Assembly (NCBI GenBank): GCA_963849635.1
Contig: CAWKIA010000025.1
Span: forward strand, 196,194 to 260,193
Length of the DNA stretch: 64,000 bases
Origin: an uncultured Chloroflexia bacterium
GTDB taxonomy: Bacteria; Chloroflexota; Chloroflexia; Thermomicrobiales; UBA6265
Reading direction: 5' to 3'
Part shown: piece after piece, positions 56,309 through 64,000 of the stretch
How positions within the stretch are numbered: the stretch's first letter is position 1
Layout: every line of letters begins with the position of its first letter
The notes under the pieces: model-generated
Told to the model about the DNA's origin: nothing
The model's database searches: none
The model's input: only the letters and a program-made list of their open reading frames with translations
Made by a program: the position numbers and the translations under genes

Positions 56309-57551
56309 ATGGCGGTAGAACTCACCACCTCACTTGCCGCACGGACCGCAACACTTAAGGCCGCGTCCGCCGGACACGCAGACGCGATGGTTCACTTCGC
56401 TCAGCGGCTCATCCAAACGCCCAGCCTGCCGGGCGAGGAGCGGAATGTCGCCAACCTGGCGGCTGCTGAGATGGGAAGGATCGGGTACGACGACGTCTGG
56501 ATCGACCGGGCTGGGAGTGTCATCGGGGTGATCCGGGGCACGAGCGGCGGTCCAACCGTCCAGTTCAACGCCCACATCGATCATGTCTCGCCGGGCGATC
56601 ATGCGCTCTGGCCACGCCCGCCGTTTGGGGGAGTGATCGAAGACGGCATCCTATATGGTCGGGCCGCCTCCGACGTTAAAGGGGCGATGGCCACCCAGGT
56701 CTATTTGGTGCCCGGTTTTGAAAGAGGCTGGTTTCCTGCCGGTTGGGGATGTGTACGTCGTCGGGGTCGTCCTGGAGGAGGTCGGGGGACTAGGCAGCGC
56801 CATCCTGGCCAAGGAGATGCCGACCGACTACGCCGTGCTGGCCGAAGCAACCAATAACGGGCTACGCCGGGGACACCGAGGCCGTACCTTCGTCAAGGTC
56901 TCGTTCACCGGTCTATCGGTTCACGCCAGTGCGCCCGAGCGAGGCCACAACCCGCACTACGCCTCGGCACGATTTCTGCTCGCGCTCGAGGACCTGCCGA
57001 TGGTCACCGATCCGACCTTCGCTGGCTCCAGTGTGGCTCCGACCCTCACCAACACAGATCAGGTCAGCGGCAATGTCACGCCCGGGATCGTCGACCTCTA
57101 TCTCGACTGGCGAAACGTCCCCGGCGAGTCGCATGATGACATCATCGCGAAAGTTACGCCCCTGGCCAACGCGGCGGCGGCGGCGGTCGACGGTGTCAGT
57201 GCACAGGTCGAAGTGATGGGCCGTCCAGTGACGTCGTACACCGGCGTCAGCGAGGTGATGCCGCCGACGAACGGCTTTGAGACGGCGGCAGACCACCCGC
57301 TCGTCCTTGGCGCGCAGGCATCGCTGGAAGCGACCTTGGGCCGCCCGATCGATGTCGGGACGTGGACCTTCGCCACCGATGGCGGCCATCTCAGCCGCCA
57401 CGGGATCACGACGATCGGGTTCGCGCCCGGTGAGGAGCGCTTCGCTCACACGATTCATGACCAGTGCGACATCGCCAAGATGCACGAGGCGTTGCTCGGC
57501 AACGCCGCCCTCGCGCTCGATCTGACCGCGCTGCCGAAGGGCACGGCATGA
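56309..57551 (+). CDS. M20-family metallopeptidase (ArgE/DapE/YgeY-like), with a frameshift near 56700-56720
   Basis: HIDHVSPGD and [13 protein letters not shown] (the M20 metal and active-site motifs) in ORF 56195..56857. Continues as [27 protein letters not shown] in ORF 56655..57551. Confidence 0.8.
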
Positions 57552-58189
57552 GCCAGTCCGACCCGAACGTCGCGCCGGCAAGCGCCTCTGTCGCCGAGCA
57601 CCGGGCAGCCGCAACCAATCAGGTTCGCTGCGCCGTCCTGACAGTTAGTGATACGCGGACCGCGGAGACGGACAAGAGTGGCGACCTCATCAAACAGCTG
57701 CTGAGTGAGGCCGAACATCCAATCGTTGCCTACCGGATCGTCCCAGATGAGCCGGGACAAATCGGTCCCTTGCTCGATGAGTGGACCGCGAATCCCGAAA
57801 TCGACGTCATCATCTCCAATGGGGGCACTGGGATTGCCGCTCGCGATACGACCTACGATGTTGTGGCAGGCAAGATTGAGAAGCGGCTGGACGGCTTCGG
57901 CGAGTTATTCCGGATGCTGAGCTGGTCCGAGGTCGGCGCCGCGGCGATGCTCTCACGGGCGGTTGCCGGTGTGATCGACCGGACGGTGATCTTCTCCCTG
58001 CCGGGCAGTTCAAACGCCGTCCGCCTCGGCATGGAGAAGCTGATTCTGCCGGAGATGGCCCACGTCGTTTTCCGAGATCAACAAGCAGTTGGCGCCGTGA
58101 TGTGTGACGCTATGGATTGGTGGTTGACGATGGAAGTCGAGGAATGCACACGGGCGCCGGGTACCGGCGCCCCGGCCCATAGCTGCTAA
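57548..58189 (+). CDS. moaB: Molybdenum cofactor biosynthesis protein B (MoaB/MogA family)
   Basis: AVLTVSDTR...[22 protein letters not shown]...[11 protein letters not shown]. Start overlaps the peptidase stop. Confidence 0.8.
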   Translation: MSQSDPNVAPASASVAEHRAAATNQVRCAVLTVSDTRTAETDKSGDLIKQLLSEAEHPIVAYRIVPDEPGQIGPLLDEWTANPEIDVIISNGGTGIAARDTTYDVVAGKIEKRLDGFGELFRMLSWSEVGAAAMLSRAVAGVIDRTVIFSLPGSSNAVRLGMEKLILPEMAHVVFRDQQAVGAVMCDAMDWWLTMEVEECTRAPGTGAPAHSC

Positions 58190-58245
58190 TTGGGATGCCT
58201 GATTGAACGAGAGCAGCCGACCGTATCGAGATTGGATCACGTTCA

Positions 58246-59611
58246 ATGACAGACACGACCACCGCGCCCACCACGGGCACCAGATTAGGAACCCGCAAGC
58301 CACAGGTACTCAAGGGCTTTCGCGATTACATGCCCTCCCAGATGCTGCTGCGCCAGCGCATCATCGGCACCTTCCGCGAGATCTTCGAGCGTCACGGCTT
58401 CGAGCCGCTCGACACGCCGGCCCTGGAGTACTTGGAGATTCTGACAGGCAAGGCCGGCGAGAATGAAAAGCTGATGTATCAGTTCGAGGATGCCGGCGGC
58501 CGCGAAGTTGGGATGCGCTACGACCTCACCGTGCCCCTGGCCCGGGTGGCGGCAATGCACCAGAACGAGATCGTCCTGCCGTTCAAGCGCTACCACATCG
58601 CACCGGTCTGGCGGGCCGAAAAACCGCAGCGCGGGACGAACCCGCGAGTTCTGGCAGTGTGACGCCGATATCGTCGGCAGTACGAGCCAGCTCGCCGACG
58701 CCGAAGCGATCGCCGTGATGGCCGAAGCACTGGCGGCAATCGGACTACCCCAGGCGACGATCAAGATCAACCACCGCAAGCTCCTCACCGCTCTGGCCCT
58801 GCTCTCCGGCGTCGATTCCGACCGGGCAGGGAGCGTCTACCGGGCGATCGACCGGTTGGACAAGGTCGGAGCCGAGGGAGTCCGGCGTGAGCTTATCGAC
58901 CTTGGCGTCGAAGAGCGCGCGGCGGCGAATATCCTCGATCTCGTGACGCGAACGGGCGAGCCCGACACGCTGCTGGCGACGCTCCGCGACGAGCTCACGA
59001 ATGTCCCTGGGGCAATCGAGGCGATTGACGACCTGGAACGGGTCTTCAACTACCTGGCGCAGCTCGGTGTTCCGGCGGCGGCGTACTCGCTGGATCTGGC
59101 GCTGGCCCGGGGGCTGGATTACTACACCGGACCGGTCTTTGAAGCCGCCGTCGAGCAACCCAAGATCGGATCAGTCGGCGGCGCCGGCCGCTACGACGAC
59201 CTGATCGGCACTTTCCTGGGCCGGCCAGTTCCGGCAACGGGGATGTCCCTCGGCATCGAACGGATCATCGAGGTCGTGCAGGAGTTCTCGCTGCTGCCGG
59301 TCAAGGAGACCGTCGTCGATGTCTTCGTCGCTGCCTTCCCGGAGACGCTGGGCAGCGCGGCCGGGATCGCCCGCGACCTGCGCGCCGCCGGACACCGGGT
59401 GGACCTGACGCTGCTTCCTAACCGCGGGATCGGAGATCAGCTCAAGTACGCCGGCCGCAAGGGAGTCCCGGTCGCCGTGATCGCTGGCGAGGCCGAACTG
59501 GCGGCGGGGACGGTCGCGGTCAAGGATCTGATTTCTGGGGAGCAACGGACGGTACCCCTGATCGAACTGCCAGGTGCGGTCCGCGATCTTCTCGGAGAGA
59601 ATTCCGCTTGA
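58246..59611 (+). CDS. hisS: Histidyl-tRNA synthetase, with a frameshift near 58630-58645
   Basis: KGFRDYMPSQMLLRQRIIGTFREIFERHGFEPLDTPALEY and RYDLTVPLARV (class II motifs) in ORF 58246..58662. REFWQCDADIVG and the C-terminal anticodon-binding domain in ORF 58490..59611. Confidence 0.85.
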
Positions 59612-59707
59612 CAGTTCCGTCGGTCCAGCCGAGACATGGCGCGGGCCATGCGAGTTGAGACCTCGTCCACGACGCGTTCGCTTTAAAGCAGGAGTGTTCT
59701 ACGCCTG

Positions 59708-60424
59708 ATGGCCGAGACAACTGGTACCACGGAAGAGTTTCCATACGACGCTTATATGGTCGTGGTCGCCCATCCGGATGACCTCGAGTTCTCTTGCGGC
59801 GGCACGATCGCCAAGCTTGGCCGGCTCGGCAAGCGGATCGTGCTCGTGCAGGTGACCTCGGGCAACCGAGGGACCTCGGATCGCAACGTGAAGCCGGAGG
59901 AAATCTCGGCCCGGCGCGAACTAGAGCAGGCGGAAGCCGCTAAACGCCTCAGTGTCTCCGAGGTGGTCTTCCTGCGTTACCCGGACGGCGAGGTCCCGCA
60001 CGATGTTACGCTGCGCGGCGACATCGTCCGCCAGATCCGCAAGCACCAGCCGGACGTTGTCATCACGCACGACGGTTTCCGGCCATATGCCCTCCATCCG
60101 GATCACCGGCACGTTGGCCTGGCTACAACCGACGCCGTCTACCCCTGCGCCCGCGATCCCTGGGCGTACCCGGAGCACTTCGATGAGGGGTACGACACCT
60201 GGAAAGTGGCCGAATTGTGGTTTGCCGGACCAGAGCACCCGGACAAGTTCGTCGATATCACCGATTCGATCGATGGCAAGGTCGACGCGCTGAAGGCGCA
60301 TGTCTCCCAAGTGGGAGACGGTGAGACGCTGCTCGAACGGCTGAGCGAGCGCGGCCGCGAGGTCGCCGTTGACCAGCCCTTCGAGATGGCAGAGGCCTTT
60401 AAAGTCGTACAGCTGCGCCGGTAG
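59708..60424 (+). CDS. PIG-L/LmbE-family N-acetylglucosaminyl deacetylase
   Basis: VVVAHPDDLEFSCGGTIAKL (AHPDDE motif) and HPDHRHV. Confidence 0.8.
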   Translation: MAETTGTTEEFPYDAYMVVVAHPDDLEFSCGGTIAKLGRLGKRIVLVQVTSGNRGTSDRNVKPEEISARRELEQAEAAKRLSVSEVVFLRYPDGEVPHDVTLRGDIVRQIRKHQPDVVITHDGFRPYALHPDHRHVGLATTDAVYPCARDPWAYPEHFDEGYDTWKVAELWFAGPEHPDKFVDITDSIDGKVDALKAHVSQVGDGETLLERLSERGREVAVDQPFEMAEAFKVVQLRR

Positions 60425-60440
60425 TGCCGAGGAATCGGTC

Positions 60441-61691
60441 GTGACGAGCGGGGAGCATCAGTCGTCAGGGATCATCGACGCGGAGCCAGCGTATGACCGT
60501 GCGCTGGCGGCGGGACGGTCTGCCTTTGGCTCGTCGTGGCGGCCGAGTGTGAGATCGGTGGCATCTGGCCGGATCGAATTGCTCGGGAACCACCTCGACT
60601 ACAACGGTGGGCCGGTCCTCGCCGCGGCCATCGATAGGCGAGTGGTGGCGCTCCTCGACGAAGGTGGCTCCCCCGGCGCCGTCACTATCGTGGCCGCCGA
60701 TGCCGAGATGGCCACCTCTGAACTCCTAATCAGCGAGTTGCGCGACTGGGCGAACAGTGGCGCTCCTGGCGAGCCCGCCGATTATGCTCGCGGGCTGGTC
60801 GCCGCGATACAGGCCGATGGCGCGCACAGACCCCGATCTGGGGCGCGGCTTGCGTTTGCGGGGGATGTGCCGATTGGATTTGGCGTCTCCTCGTCGGCCG
60901 CGCTCTGCGTCGCCCTGTCCATGGCGCTCGTGCCGGACACGTTGACGTTCAAGGAGACCGTTCTGCTGGCCCAGGCTGCCGAGCACCGGGCCGGGACCCC
61001 CTGCGGAACGATGGATCAGTCGGCGTCGGTGGCCGGCGGCGTCATTCGCTACGACGGCGCCACGCTGACCGTCGAGCAACTGCAACCCGATCTCGGTGAC
61101 TACCTCTTCGCGGTGGCCGATTCGGCCGTCGACCGCTCCCTGGGAGCATCCGCCTACCCGATTCGTGTTCAGGAGGCGAACCAGATCCGAACGCTGGCGA
61201 GCGAAGCGCTTGGCTACCCGGTCGAGCATCCCGCTCAGTTGAACCGGGATGCCCTCGACCGCCTGACTGGCGGCGATCAGCCGGTACTCAACACGAATTT
61301 GGCGGCCCGGTTGCGCCACATCGTCTCCGAGACTGAGCGCGTCGAAGCGGGGATGGAGGCGCTCCGGGCGGCCAATTGGCCCGAGTTCGGGCGCCTGATG
61401 ACCGAGTCAGGACGCTCATCCGCGACCGACTACGACATCAGTCATCCCCGGGTTGAAGAGCTGGTTCAGGAGATCCTAGAGGTTGATGGGGTCCTGGGGG
61501 CACGCATGATGGGGGGCGGGGGCGGAGGAACGGCTCTGACGCTGCTGCGCAGCGACCAGCTTGCCGCCCTGGAGACTGCGCTCCGAGCAGGGTATTACCG
61601 AAAGTACGGTCTAGAAGAACGACCGGGCGTCATCCAACCCTGTGCCTTCGCCGGACCAGCTTGGGTCGAGACGGACATCGCCTCAGATTGA
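60441..61691 (+). CDS. GHMP-family sugar kinase (galactokinase-like)
   Basis: SGRIELLGNHLDYNGGPVLAAAI (compare the galactokinase motif GRVNLIGEHTDYNGG) and PIGFGVSSSAALCVALSMAL (GHMP ATP motif). GTG start at 60441 is preceded by GAGGAA. The ORF extends to 60369, overlapping the PIG-L gene by 56 nt. Confidence 0.75.
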   Translation: MTSGEHQSSGIIDAEPAYDRALAAGRSAFGSSWRPSVRSVASGRIELLGNHLDYNGGPVLAAAIDRRVVALLDEGGSPGAVTIVAADAEMATSELLISELRDWANSGAPGEPADYARGLVAAIQADGAHRPRSGARLAFAGDVPIGFGVSSSAALCVALSMALVPDTLTFKETVLLAQAAEHRAGTPCGTMDQSASVAGGVIRYDGATLTVEQLQPDLGDYLFAVADSAVDRSLGASAYPIRVQEANQIRTLASEALGYPVEHPAQLNRDALDRLTGGDQPVLNTNLAARLRHIVSETERVEAGMEALRAANWPEFGRLMTESGRSSATDYDISHPRVEELVQEILEVDGVLGARMMGGGGGGTALTLLRSDQLAALETALRAGYYRKYGLEERPGVIQPCAFAGPAWVETDIASD

Positions 61692-61997
61692 AAGCGCCAG
61701 CTTCGACTTTCGCTTGATGTCGCGGATTCCCCGGCGCCGGTTGCGGTAGGCCGTGGTCAGGTGCAGGCCGGTCCCCGGATCGAGCACCAGGACCGTGCCC
61801 TCTAACCGGCGCAGGCGATCGTCGCGCAGGTCGTCATCGGGGATATCACGCAGACCGAGGTGGATGAAGAGGGCCTTGCCCGCGTGGAGCCTGCGCCCAT
61901 GAGCGCACACGTAGTCCACGTCTTCGGGGCTGAGGTTGCGCCGTGCGAGGCGTTGGTTGGCATGCCGGGAGACAAACGCCACGCGATGATCGCGCAT
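61683..61997 (-). CDS. DUF4258-like small protein
   Basis: 104 aa: MRDHRVAFVSRHANQRLARRNLSPEDVDYVCAHGRRL..., resembling DUF4258. RBS AAGGAG. Confidence 0.5.
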   Translation of the reverse strand: MRDHRVAFVSRHANQRLARRNLSPEDVDYVCAHGRRLHAGKALFIHLGLRDIPDDDLRDDRLRRLEGTVLVLDPGTGLHLTTAYRNRRRGIRDIKRKSKLALSI

Positions 61998-62106
61998 CGG
62001 CTTCTCCTTTCCCAGCGAGAGTCGACGGTCCCAAAATTTGCCGAGATCGCTGGAGCCAACGAATTCACCAAAGCAGGAAGGTGGATTCCTCCACTTCGGT
62101 GTACGT

Positions 62107-62136
62107 ACATTATCCGTTCAGTTGATCTTCTGTCAA
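62107..62136 (-). promoter_or_regulatory. Putative promoter for the DUF4258 gene (TTGACA, 18-bp spacer, TAATGT)
   Basis: The minus strand reads TTGACAGAAGATCAACTGAACGGATAATGT, about 110 nt upstream of the start. Confidence 0.4.
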
Positions 62137-62171
62137 CACGATGAGATAGGCCAAGAAGTACGGGGGGGTAC

Positions 62172-63158
62172 CTAGTACCCGGCAGCCCCGTCGACGACGT
62201 TGTGCAGCGGCTCGCCGGCCTGGAAGCGGTCGATGTTGGTTTCCAGGATTGCCAGGATTCTTTCCCAGTATCGCGGGGTTGATCCCGACGTGTGGGCCGT
62301 AACCATGACGTTCTCCATCGCCCACAATGGAGACTCCGCCGGGAGCGGTTCCGGGGTGGTGACGTCCAGTCCGGCACCGGCGACAGTACCTTCGTCTAGC
62401 GCCTTGATCAGTGCGTCCTGGTCGATAATCGGTCCCCGGCCGATGTTGTAGATGTATGCAGAGGGCTTCATCCGCGCCAGCATGGCCGCGTCGAACAGGC
62501 CGCGCGTGCCAGGAGTCAGGGGCAGACAGATGGCGACGTGGTCGGCCGATGGGAGGGCCTCCGCAAGATCCGACACCGGGTAGATCTTCGGAAGGACGTC
62601 CGGCGCCGGCAGATCGACCCGGCGGCGGACGCCATTGACCGTCATCCCCAGGCCGCGGGCCCGCTCGGCCAGCCCCAGCCCGATGTCGCCCATGCCGACC
62701 ACGAGCAACTCCTGCTGGCCCAGCTCGAAGATGCGGCTCCGAACCGGCATCTCGAACCAGTCGCCGGCCGGTGGGTGGCGGAGCAGCCAGGGCAACTGAC
62801 GGGCAAACGCCAGCATCATCGCCAGGATGTGTTCGGCGATGTTGGCGGCGTGGACGCCGCTGGAATTGGTGACCACGATATCGCGGGCCGCCAGTTCGGC
62901 AAACGGCATCCGATCGACACCTGCGGCAAAGCTCTGCAACCACTTCAACCGGGGCGCGGCCGCGATCTGTTCTGGCGTGAGATGCCAGGCGATCACGGCG
63001 TCGGCGTCCGGCAAGTGGGGGTCCATGTCTTCGAACGGGGCCCGGATGAAGGTAATCTCGGGGTACTTCTCCCGCAGGTTTGCCAGGTGCTCATCAGGAA
63101 TCGGGACGCCAAAGAGCAGGGTTTCGATCGGACCGGCGCCGCCCATCTGACTTGTCAT
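62172..63158 (-). CDS. D-isomer-specific 2-hydroxyacid dehydrogenase (NAD-binding)
   Basis: VVGMGDIGLGLAERARGLGM Rossmann motif, the catalytic region IGRGPIIDQDALIKAL, and VTAHTSG. Confidence 0.85.
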   Translation of the reverse strand: MTSQMGGAGPIETLLFGVPIPDEHLANLREKYPEITFIRAPFEDMDPHLPDADAVIAWHLTPEQIAAAPRLKWLQSFAAGVDRMPFAELAARDIVVTNSSGVHAANIAEHILAMMLAFARQLPWLLRHPPAGDWFEMPVRSRIFELGQQELLVVGMGDIGLGLAERARGLGMTVNGVRRRVDLPAPDVLPKIYPVSDLAEALPSADHVAICLPLTPGTRGLFDAAMLARMKPSAYIYNIGRGPIIDQDALIKALDEGTVAGAGLDVTTPEPLPAESPLWAMENVMVTAHTSGSTPRYWERILAILETNIDRFQAGEPLHNVVDGAAGY

Positions 63159-63302
63159 CGAATTGTCCCTTCCCGAACCACGGCACTGTTCCGCCGATGC
63201 GCGTCTACGAATCAGCAGAATAACAGGCGACGCCCATGTACTCTCGGCAAGACCCGGCTGGCGGCCTTCACCGGACTCAATGATTTTGGCAGTTCAGGAT
63301 AA

Positions 63303-63515
63303 ATGGGTAAGACCCGCCTTACGCTTGCGGTGGCGACTGAACTCGCTGATGCAATCGCCGACGGCGCCAGGTTTTTCGACCTGGCACCCGTCGCCATCAC
63401 CGCAGCCCGGCGCACGGCTCGACAGTCAAAAGACTCGATTCCGGTTGTGACCATGATCGGCAATCGCACGGGTGGGCGCGTGGGTTCATCTCCGCCACTG
63501 GTTGACGTAAACTGA
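63303..63515 (+). pseudogene. Fragment resembling the P-loop region of an AAA/STAND-type regulator (remnant)
   Basis: MGKTRLTLAVATELADAIADGARFFDLAPV parallels GIGKTRLAIQAAARMAETSGDAPVFVALAPI of the gene that starts at 63566. Another GKTRLAAFTGL-encoding fragment lies at 63243-63280 in a different frame. Confidence 0.4.
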
Positions 63516-63565
63516 GGGTGTCCGACCGAACGCCACACGCGCCGATCCCGTCGCAGGATCCGCCC

Positions 63566-64000
63566 ATGACCGACCCGACGCTCGCCGGCCCGAGCCGCCC
63601 CCACCCGGTCGCCCTCGTCGCCGTCCCGGGCCGGGAGCATCCGAGCACGCCACTCCCCGCCCCGCTGACCGGCTTCGTGGGACGGGAACGCGAGATCGAG
63701 CAGGTCTGCGCCTTGCTCAGTCGCGCCGAGGTGCGGCTGCTGACCCTGACCGGACCCGGCGGCATCGGTAAGACCCGGCTTGCCATCCAGGCGGCGGCGC
63801 GGATGGCGGAAACCTCCGGGGACGCTCCCGTGTTCGTGGCGCTGGCCCCCATTACCGATCCGGCAGCGGTCGGCGCCGCGATCGCCCAGGCGCTCGGTGT
63901 CCATCCGGACGGAGAGCGGCCGCTGCCGGTCCAACTCGGGGCGGTCCTCGGTTCGCGGCGGCGGCTGCTCCTGCTCGACAACCTGGAGCAGGTGCTGGAT
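63566..64000 (+). CDS. LuxR/AfsR-like STAND ATPase transcriptional regulator, N-terminal part (runs off the window end)
   Basis: LTGFVGREREIEQVCALLSRAEVRLLTLTGPGGIGKTRLAIQAAARMAE is the canonical N-terminal Walker A region of LAL/SARP-type regulators. Confidence 0.7.
   Translation, partial: MTDPTLAGPSRPHPVALVAVPGREHPSTPLPAPLTGFVGREREIEQVCALLSRAEVRLLTLTGPGGIGKTRLAIQAAARMAETSGDAPVFVALAPITDPAAVGAAIAQALGVHPDGERPLPVQLGAVLGSRRRLLLLDNLEQVLD

Noticed and set aside
62538-63302. 254-aa plus-strand ORF
   Set aside because: Antisense of the 2-hydroxyacid dehydrogenase. Only its last roughly 12 codons (GKTRLAAFTGL) are of interest, and those are covered in the P-loop-fragment finding.

Overview
High-GC (about 65-70%) bacterial chromosomal window. 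Gene content resembles a thermophilic Chloroflexi/Thermomicrobia-like or actinobacteria-like organism; this is inference from gene families only. Mostly core metabolism and housekeeping. In order: a sugar-kinase/manA/ABC-2 transporter region; an hspR-clpB heat-shock pair; an ugpQ-like phosphodiesterase; an operon of a sulfite-oxidase-like molybdoenzyme, an FNR-like reductase and a zinc-ribbon protein; a form-II type coxS-coxL-coxM operon followed by a P450; an MFS transporter; a cluster of an LAL/LuxR-type ATPase regulator, a berberine-bridge-like FAD oxidase, a TPP enzyme and a 437-aa hypothetical protein; gatC-gatA; nfeD-flotillin; DUF3090; a complete ilvBNC-leuA-leuCD-cupin-leuB operon with a promoter, an Ile/Leu/Val-rich leader peptide and an attenuator terminator; greA and ridA; an aminotransferase; groES-groEL preceded by a perfect CIRCE operator; an ISAs1-family IS element; rplS-rnhB-yraN; an M20 peptidase, moaB and hisS; a PIG-L deacetylase plus a GHMP kinase. 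Main observations: (1) at least 15 genes are interrupted by single-base frameshifts, several at homopolymers, which points to indel-prone sequence rather than mass pseudogenisation; (2) two copies of a roughly 147-bp MITE-like element whose 25-28 bp terminal inverted repeats share GTCATCCYGAGC...GGATC ends; (3) hairpin-forming tandem-heptamer repeats in the intra-operon spacers coxS-coxL, groES-groEL and ilvB-ilvN; (4) a lower-GC two-gene cassette after groEL (a basic His-rich protein followed by an acidic protein with a motif I recall from colicin-DNase-immunity Im proteins) whose second gene is truncated by the IS insertion; (5) an ilv-leu leader-peptide attenuator; (6) a HAIR-like inverted repeat that encloses the clpB ribosome-binding site, and an inverted repeat overlapping the hspR promoter. 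No tRNA, rRNA or CRISPR array was recognised.
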